Assembly: GCA_963843555.1 (NCBI GenBank)
Contig: CAWJKV010000004.1
Span: 64,001-128,000 of the forward strand
Reading direction: 5' to 3'
Source: an uncultured Methanosarcinales archaeon
GTDB taxonomy: Archaea > Halobacteriota > Methanosarcinia > Methanotrichales > Methanotrichaceae
Length of the DNA stretch: 64,000 nt
Part shown: one piece after another, positions 57,454 through 64,000 of the stretch
Layout of the letters: every line of letters begins with the position of its first letter
Numbering within the stretch: the stretch's first letter is position 1
Program-made: the position numbers and the translations under genes
Notes under the pieces: generated by a model
Told to the model about the DNA's origin: nothing
The model's input: only the letters and a program-made list of their open reading frames with translations
Database searches by the model: none

Positions 57454-58655
57454 GTGAGAAGCCTGAACGCCCGAACCCATAATTTTCTGGTCTCGAAGTT
57501 CAGAGAGTATTATATTGAATCATCCCTGGAAGCTCCGCCAGGCCTCCAGTCCAGGGAATGGGGCTTTCTCTTCTTCGATGACTCGGGCATGCGCCGCCAT
57601 AAGTCCTTTTTTAGCAGAGGCGAGCTGGCGGACTATGTCCGGGCCATGGTGCCCCGGCACGTCTATCACTCCGCTGCCTATTACCAGCGTCCGGGCGCAC
57701 CCACCATGAAGGAGAAGATCTGGCAGGGCGCGGACCTCATCTTCGACCTGGATGCCGATCATCTGCGCAATGCCCCCCAGAGCTATGGCGAGATGCTGGA
57801 GCTGGTGAAGAAGGAGACACTGAAGCTACTGGGATTTCTAACCGCCGATTTCGGTTTTTCAGAAAGGGTGATTAGTGTCGCATTTTCTGGCGGTAGGGGC
57901 TATCACATCCATATTCGCGATCCGCGAGTCTTCACAGTTTGGTGGCGATGAGCGGCGAGAAGTAGTAGATTATCTAACAGGCAGAGGTCTTGATATGGAA
58001 CGGCTGCGATATAAGGTATGGATATCGGGGGATATTGGTGCTGAGAAAGTGCGAGCTCTCAGATGTCAGTCAGAGAATTCGCCTGGATGGGGTGGCAGGT
58101 TTAATGAGGCGGTTATAAGATTTGCTGAAGAAATTCCGCAATCTAGATGAAAAGAGGCGCTGTGGAAAAGCTCAAAGATTAAAAACATTGGGATGTTCGG
58201 GCAGCCGAATTTTATATGCGGATCAAGAGCGATCGGGTGCTGGATGATATACGTTCGGGTAATCTGGATAGCTTAAAAGGCGTTCAGGATATTTGGAAGT
58301 TTCTTATCAATCATTATCTGTGCAGACCAGTTTGTAGGAGTCCTGGGTGGGCGGAGAAACGGACGAGCCAGTCACTGCCGATGTGCGCCGGCTGATTCGC
58401 TGTCCAGGCAGCCTGCATGGCGGCTCGGGCCTGAGGGTGACTCCTCTGTCCATCAGCGACCTGGAGGACTTCGATCCCCTTCAAGATGCTGTGGTCTATG
58501 GAGATGAGAGCGTGCCCCTTGAGATTCTTAAGCCGTTCAATACCCAGATGCGTGGGCAGAGCTACCAATTGGCGGAAGGCCCGACTGAGCTGCCTGCCTG
58601 CGTGGCGGTCTTCCTCATGGCCCGGGGTGTGGCTGAAGCCCGGGCGAAGCTGTAG
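57454..58655 (+). CDS. priS: DNA primase catalytic subunit, split by several indels
   Basis: REWGF, GADLIFDLDADH, FSGGRGYHIH, DEPVTADVRRLIRCPGSLHGGSG. Confidence 0.92.
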
Positions 58656-58716
58656 TCAGTGAAAAATCTATATAGTATTTGATACCTGATAACAAGTCCG
58701 CGCCAAAAGTTTTGAG

Positions 58717-59292
58717 GTGGGAAGATTGGATCTGGCCAACGCGCTGAGAGAGGAGCGCAAATCCGCGGAGCTTCAGCATCTGGATAAGGATTTTTACCAG
58801 CAGGTGGGGGTCTATCTGGCCGGCCTGGGGCAGGAGCTCTCCCGTGTAGAGGACTCGTTCAGCGTAGAGGCTCAGATCCTCCAGGATACCTTGAAGAGCG
58901 AGAAGAATAGCGTAAACAAGCTCATCGATCAAAGGGTTAAGAAGATCGTCCGCCGGGCCCTCCGCAATGCAAGATCCGCTTCCCGGGAAGAGGCCTTCCT
59001 GGGCATGACCGAAGAAGAAGAGGAGATCTACCGGCAGATGCTGTCTGCCATTGCCAGCGGCCGCGAGGCCATACTTGCCCATGTGGCTCACACCGAAAGG
59101 CCTTTAATGGGCAAGAAAGATATATCCCGGGAATACGAAGTCGTGCGGTTGCTGGATAGTGTTCCTATGTTTGCAGGAGTTGACGGGAAAAATTACCTCC
59201 TCGCGAAGGATGATGTGGCCGTGCTCCCCGCCGTCCATGCCAGAAATCTGCGCAATAAGAATTTAGCGTCTGAAGTGAAGATTGAGAGATGA
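58717..59292 (+). CDS. GINS complex subunit (Gins51-type)
   Basis: Helical A domain (DFY...R.KKI) and C-terminal B domain (PMFAGVDGKNY...DVAVLP); canonical position after priS. Confidence 0.85.
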   Translation: MGRLDLANALREERKSAELQHLDKDFYQQVGVYLAGLGQELSRVEDSFSVEAQILQDTLKSEKNSVNKLIDQRVKKIVRRALRNARSASREEAFLGMTEEEEEIYRQMLSAIASGREAILAHVAHTERPLMGKKDISREYEVVRLLDSVPMFAGVDGKNYLLAKDDVAVLPAVHARNLRNKNLASEVKIER

Positions 59293-59298
59293 TACATT

Positions 59299-59580
59299 GT
59301 GAAGATGCCAAAGAAGCTTAACGCTTACTGTCCGTTCTGCAAAAAACACACCCCCCAAACGGTAGAAAGGGTGAGAAAAGGCCGGGCTTCCTCCTTGACC
59401 CATATTTCAAGGCAGAAGCTCAGGGCCAATGGAATAGGGAATCAGGGTAAGTTTTCCAAGGTCCCCGGCGGAGACAAGCCGACGAAGAGATTGAATCTGA
59501 GATACCGCTGTAATACTTGCAAGAAGGCTCATAACCGCCCGGGTTTCAGGGCTGGCAAGTTCGATCTGGTGGAGAGTTGA
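59299..59580 (+). CDS. rpl44e: 50S ribosomal protein L44e
   Basis: YCPFCKKHT...[19 protein letters not shown]. Confidence 0.95.
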   Translation: MKMPKKLNAYCPFCKKHTPQTVERVRKGRASSLTHISRQKLRANGIGNQGKFSKVPGGDKPTKRLNLRYRCNTCKKAHNRPGFRAGKFDLVES

Positions 59581-59582
59581 AT

Positions 59583-59750
59583 ATGCCATCCAAATTCGTC
59601 AAGGTAAAATGCAACGACTGCGAGAACGAGCAGGTGATATTCGCCCATGCTTCCACGGTCGTCAAGTGCCTGGTCTGCGGGCGCACTTTAGCTGAGCCTA
59701 CCGGCGGCAAAGCTGAGATCAAAACCCAGGTAGTAGAAGTGTTAGAGTGA
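59583..59750 (+). CDS. rps27e: 30S ribosomal protein S27e (missing from the ORF track)
   Basis: [44 protein letters not shown]... Confidence 0.95.
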   Translation: MPSKFVKVKCNDCENEQVIFAHASTVVKCLVCGRTLAEPTGGKAEIKTQVVEVLE

Positions 59751-59756
59751 TCTTCG

Positions 59757-60530
59757 ATGCAACGTGAGGGCTGGCCAGAGCCCGGATCTCTAGTGGTCTG
59801 CACCGTGACTCAGGTGGTGGACTTCGGAGCCTTCGTCTCAATTGACGAGTATTCCGGTAAGCAGGGCCTGATTCACATCTCCGAGGTGGCCAGCGGATGG
59901 ATCAAGTACATTCGCGACCATGTGCGAGAGGGTCAGAAGATCGTCTGCAAGGTATTGAATGTAGACACGTCCCGGCATCACATCGATCTCTCCCTGAAGG
60001 ATGTAAACGAGCATCAGAGACGGGAGAAGATTCAGGAGTGGAAGGCGGACCAGAAAGCCTGGAAATGGCTGGAGATGGCCTACAAGGATAGGCCTGAGGA
60101 TGCAAAGCGGGTAGCTGATGCATTGGTGGCGGCTTACGATAGCCTCTATCTGGCCATGGAGGAGGCGGCAATCTGCGGAGCCGAAGCCCTGAAAGATGCC
60201 AATCTGACGGAAGAAGATGTGTTGATGCTGGAGAGTCTCTCCAAGGATAACGTCAAGATACCATCCGTTGACATTAGCGGCTATGTGGATATCACTTCCC
60301 CTGCGCCGGATGGGGTCGAGGTCATTCGCAAGGCCCTCAAACAGGCCAAACGCATCAAAGACAAAGATTCCACGCTCACCATCTCCTATATCGGAGCGCC
60401 GCGATACCGCATTCATGTAACCGCGCCTGATTATAAGAGTGCAGAGTCTGTTCTCAAAAAGTCTGCTCAGGCTGTTGTAAAATACATCGAACAACATGGC
60501 GGAGAAGGTACCTTCCTTCGAGAGGCATGA
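59757..60530 (+). CDS. eif2a: Translation initiation factor aIF2 alpha
   Basis: S1 domain GLIHISEVASGWIK, IDLSLK, GAPRYRI. Confidence 0.95.
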   Translation: MQREGWPEPGSLVVCTVTQVVDFGAFVSIDEYSGKQGLIHISEVASGWIKYIRDHVREGQKIVCKVLNVDTSRHHIDLSLKDVNEHQRREKIQEWKADQKAWKWLEMAYKDRPEDAKRVADALVAAYDSLYLAMEEAAICGAEALKDANLTEEDVLMLESLSKDNVKIPSVDISGYVDITSPAPDGVEVIRKALKQAKRIKDKDSTLTISYIGAPRYRIHVTAPDYKSAESVLKKSAQAVVKYIEQHGGEGTFLREA

Positions 60531-60688
60531 GATCCAAGATCCTGAGGTGTACGGCCTGCGGCCGCTACACCCTGTTGGATATCTGCACCGTCTGCGGAGG
60601 TCATGCTGCAATTACCAAGCCGGCAAGATTCTCTCCTGACGACCCTTATGGAAAATATCGACGAGCTCTCAAACCGGAGGCAAAATGA
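60527..60688 (+). CDS. nop10: H/ACA RNP protein Nop10 (missing from the ORF track)
   Basis: RCTACGRYTL..ICTVCGG....KPARFSPDDPYGKYRR. Confidence 0.95.
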   Translation: MRSKILRCTACGRYTLLDICTVCGGHAAITKPARFSPDDPYGKYRRALKPEAK

Positions 60689-61455
60689 AGGAAACCCTGG
60701 TTCACCGTATCAAAGAAGTAACTCTTAAAGATCCTATTCTGGTGGAGGGGCTACCCGGTGTCGGCCACGTGGGAAAACTGGTGGCGGATCATATGGTAGA
60801 AGAGCTGAATGCTGAGAAGATCATTGAGATCTATTCGCCGCATTTTCCGCCCCAGGTAATGGTGAAAGAAGACGGCACCATCAAGCAAGTGCGAAATGAG
60901 ATCTATGCACGCCAGGGCATGAACGGCGAACCGGATCTAATCATCCTCATCGGAGACTACCAGAGCGCCACTAACGAGGGGCACTATGAGCTTACCAGCA
61001 TCTTCCTGGATATCGCGCAGAGCTTCAATGTTAAGAGGATCTATGCTCTGGGCGGCTATGGCACGGGCCAGTTTGTGGAGAAGCCAACTGTCATGGGTGC
61101 GGCCACAGGACTTGAGCTCGTGGAGGAGATGAAGCAGCAGGGCGTAGTCTTTCAAGAGAACGAGCCGGGCGGGGGCATCATCGGCGTCTCAGGACTCCTT
61201 CTGGGCCTGGGTGCCTTGCGGGGGATAGATGCCATCTGTCTCATGGGTGTAACCAGCGGCTATCTCGTCGATCCCAAGGCAGCTTCAGAGGTTTTGCGCG
61301 TTCTCTCTCAAATTCTGGGTATAGAAGTCGGCATGCATGCACTGGAGGAGAGGGCAAAAGAGATGGAGAAGATCATCGGCAAGCTCCAGGAGATGGAGCG
61401 GGCACAGGCTCCTTTCGAGGCAGGCGGGGATGAAGACCTCAGGTATATCGGATAG
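60685..61455 (+). CDS. Proteasome assembly chaperone family protein (PAC2)
   Basis: EGLPGVGHVGKL, YSPHFPPQV, GYLVDPKAA; conserved position after nop10. Confidence 0.9.
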   Translation: MKETLVHRIKEVTLKDPILVEGLPGVGHVGKLVADHMVEELNAEKIIEIYSPHFPPQVMVKEDGTIKQVRNEIYARQGMNGEPDLIILIGDYQSATNEGHYELTSIFLDIAQSFNVKRIYALGGYGTGQFVEKPTVMGAATGLELVEEMKQQGVVFQENEPGGGIIGVSGLLLGLGALRGIDAICLMGVTSGYLVDPKAASEVLRVLSQILGIEVGMHALEERAKEMEKIIGKLQEMERAQAPFEAGGDEDLRYIG

Positions 61456-62764
61456 TCTCCTCGAATATGCTCATCAGCTCCTTGCCCTGGCCCTGCGAGA
61501 GGGGGCGGCAGAGGCGGAGGTCTATGGCATGGTGGGCCATTCCGTGGATGTTGATCTACGCAAAGGATCTGTGGAAATGGCCAGCGAGAGCTTTCATCGC
61601 GGCCTGGGACTCCGGGCTGTTGTGAATGGTGCCGTTGGATTTTCCAGCACAAGCGACATGTCGCTCCTGGAATATGTCGCCAAAAGCGCTGTGAAGTCTG
61701 CAAAAGCTCGCGGCCCGGACGAATCCTGGCTCTCTCTTCCCACCCCTGAGAAGGCCGTTCCCGTGCAGGGTATCTTTGATGCACGGTTGGAGAGAATCAG
61801 TCCGGAGGAATGTATTGAGGTTGCGGCGAGCATGCTCGAAGGCTGCCGGACGGTTAAAGAGGCAGAGCCTGTCTCGGGAGGCGTGGCATGCATTTGCGGC
61901 ACAGGTTTTGTGATCAACTCCAGTGGACTTGAGCTGCGGGAGACGTCCACTCTCATGCAGGCCTCCATGGAGGCCATTGCCAAATCCGGGGACGTGGCCA
62001 CAGGCAGCGAGTTTTTCAATTCGAGGGGTTTTGAGCCCTCCATGGAGTTCGTGGGCAAAGCTGCAGCTGAGATGGCCAGGGCATCACTGGCAGGAAATAA
62101 AGCCGAGAGTGGAATCTTCGATATACTTCTCAAGCCTCTGGCAGTGGCAGAGCTGCTGGAGAGCACGATTCTATCTGCTTTTGAAGCCGACAACGTGCAA
62201 AAAGGTCGTTCTTCTCTGAAAGGACGGGTGGGAGAGATGATCTCTTCCGAGAGGCTGAGTGTCCATGATGACGGCCTGCTTAAAGGCGGAATAGACTCTT
62301 CAGCCTTTGATGGCGAGGGCGTGCCCTCCCAAAGGACGGTTTTGATTGAGAAGGGGATCTTGAAGGGATTTCTCTATGACAGCTATACGGCAGGTAAGGC
62401 TGGCATGAAATCTACAGGCAATGCGGTGCGTCAAGGTTACTCCGATGTTCCCAGGGTGGGCATTCGAAATCTGATACTCAGCTCCCCTGATGCTCATGAT
62501 CTCCTGGCGGAGACGAAAGGGTATCTGATAAACGGTCTCATCGGAGCTCATACCGCGAACCCCATATCCGGCGACTTCTCAGTGGAGGCGAGAAATGCTT
62601 TTCGTGTCTCTCCAGGAGAGGCTGCTGTGCCCATCCGCTCTTTGATGCTGGCTGGAAATATCTATGAGATTCTAAAAAATATCGAGATAGGCACGGATGT
62701 GCGGGCCATTGGTGCCATTGTCACGCCGACTATAAAAGTCAATATGAAAGTAGTAGGAAGCTAA
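61430..62764 (+). CDS. TldD/PmbA family protein
   Basis: FDGEGVPSQRTVLIEKGIL, STGNAVR, NPISGDFS; start uncertain. Confidence 0.9.
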   Translation: MKTSGISDSLLEYAHQLLALALREGAAEAEVYGMVGHSVDVDLRKGSVEMASESFHRGLGLRAVVNGAVGFSSTSDMSLLEYVAKSAVKSAKARGPDESWLSLPTPEKAVPVQGIFDARLERISPEECIEVAASMLEGCRTVKEAEPVSGGVACICGTGFVINSSGLELRETSTLMQASMEAIAKSGDVATGSEFFNSRGFEPSMEFVGKAAAEMARASLAGNKAESGIFDILLKPLAVAELLESTILSAFEADNVQKGRSSLKGRVGEMISSERLSVHDDGLLKGGIDSSAFDGEGVPSQRTVLIEKGILKGFLYDSYTAGKAGMKSTGNAVRQGYSDVPRVGIRNLILSSPDAHDLLAETKGYLINGLIGAHTANPISGDFSVEARNAFRVSPGEAAVPIRSLMLAGNIYEILKNIEIGTDVRAIGAIVTPTIKVNMKVVGS

Positions 62765-62777
62765 AAGGAGGATTTTG

Positions 62778-63630
62778 ATGATTATTGGAGGACCAGCCTC
62801 CCAGCTTCTGGCTGGCAGGGTGGCGGCTATTTTAGATGAGACGCTCGCTCTTTGCGATTACAAGACGTTTCCTGATGGTGAGTCCTACACTCAAGTGGTG
62901 ACGCCATTGGATGATGAAGTGGTTATAATCCAGTCCACTCCGACCGATCAGGACCTCGTTTATCTGTTGCAGCTGCTGGATGTTTGTCGAGCGAGCAAGG
63001 TTTCCCTGGTCATACCCGTACTTTGGTTATGCCCGCCAGGACAAGATCTTCAAGTCTGGCGAGCCCATGACCGCCCGGGCGGTGGCCACGGCTTTGAATC
63101 CCTTCTTGAAGAACGGCCGGGTCCATCTGGTCAATATCCATGCACCATCAGTCATGGCCCACTTCCAGTGCCCGATTGAGAATCTGGATGCAACCTCCCT
63201 TCTGGCCGAGCGGATCGAATCCCTGGGCCTGAAGGATGCGGTGGTCATCTCTCCAGACAAGGGGGCCATAGCCATGGCAAAAATGGCAGCCGCCACTCTG
63301 GGCTGTGACTGCGACTACTTGCAAAAGACCCGGCTCTCCGGCACGGAGGTCTCCATGGCCCCCAAAGAGGTGGCAGTTAAGGGCAGGGACGTGGTCATCT
63401 TCGACGACATGATCGCCACAGGCGGCACTATGGCTATGGCCATCGCGCTGCTTCGCCAGCAGGGTGCCAACCGGGTCTATTTGGCAGCGGTTCATCCCGT
63501 TCTGACAGGATCGGCGGTGCTCAAGCTCTACCGCTCCGGTGTGGAGGCAGTGCTGGCCACGGATACGCTGGATAAGGGCGTGAGCACGGTATCGGTGGCG
63601 CCATTGATCGCGAAGGCGCTTAAATCCTAA
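62778..63630 (+). CDS. prs: Ribose-phosphate pyrophosphokinase, indel near 63016
   Basis: FPDGE, PYFGYARQDK, SPDKGA, DDMIATGGT. Confidence 0.93.
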
Positions 63631-63773
63631 GACGGGTGGCGTTAATAAGCTCCACATTTTTTCACAACACGATCGCATCAAAGAGTCCCTCTATTTCGAT
63701 TCGAGTAAGTTCAGATTAAATTAGTAGAAATGTTCTTATCACTTATATGTTAACTAATATTGGTGTTATTGGA

Positions 63774-64000
63774 ATGTACCGCTCGACTCATTTAATTATA
63801 TTCGTCCTCCTCGCACTATGCATGTGCATCGGATGCGTTGCGCCCTATGATCGGACAGATGAGGCGATCGTATCAACGAACGTATCTGGAGATGCCATAA
63901 AGGCTGGCGCGTGTATGAACTTGGACAGAGTCGATGAAATAAATAATAGAAAGAATGGAACAGCTCAAAATGCTTCCGAGGCAGAGGAGTATGCGGTCTA
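63774..64000 (+). CDS. Putative lipoprotein, runs off the window
   Basis: MYRSTHLIIFVLLALCMCIGC lipobox-like signal; frame open to the window end. Confidence 0.5.
   Translation, partial: MYRSTHLIIFVLLALCMCIGCVAPYDRTDEAIVSTNVSGDAIKAGACMNLDRVDEINNRKNGTAQNASEAEEYAV

Overview
Chromosomal segment of a methanogenic euryarchaeon, most consistent with Methanothrix (Methanosaeta). This rests on archaeal information genes (radA, RPA, priS-GINS-rpl44e-rps27e-aIF2alpha-nop10-PAC2, rps8e, elp3, taw1), aglB, an AtwA-like ATPase and tRNA-Arg(CCT); the genus call is inference. Most of the window is housekeeping and redox/transport genes. Many genes, including essential ones (metG, priS, hisG, prs), are split by single-base indels, which points to an unpolished long-read consensus rather than true pseudogenes. 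The accessory or unusual parts are: a decayed ~3.4 kb island (integrase remnant, membrane Lon-type protease, truncated type ISP-like R-M gene) ending at a ~145 bp twin-hairpin IS200/IS605-like element; a tandem pair of signal-peptide, pentapeptide-repeat, 2TM channel-like proteins with non-canonical filters; a Cys-rich regulator/MTH865/Isf module; a TetR-like operator in an archaeal promoter; a low-GC block inside priS; and several small ORFs missed by the ORF track. All family assignments come from motif recognition, not database searches.
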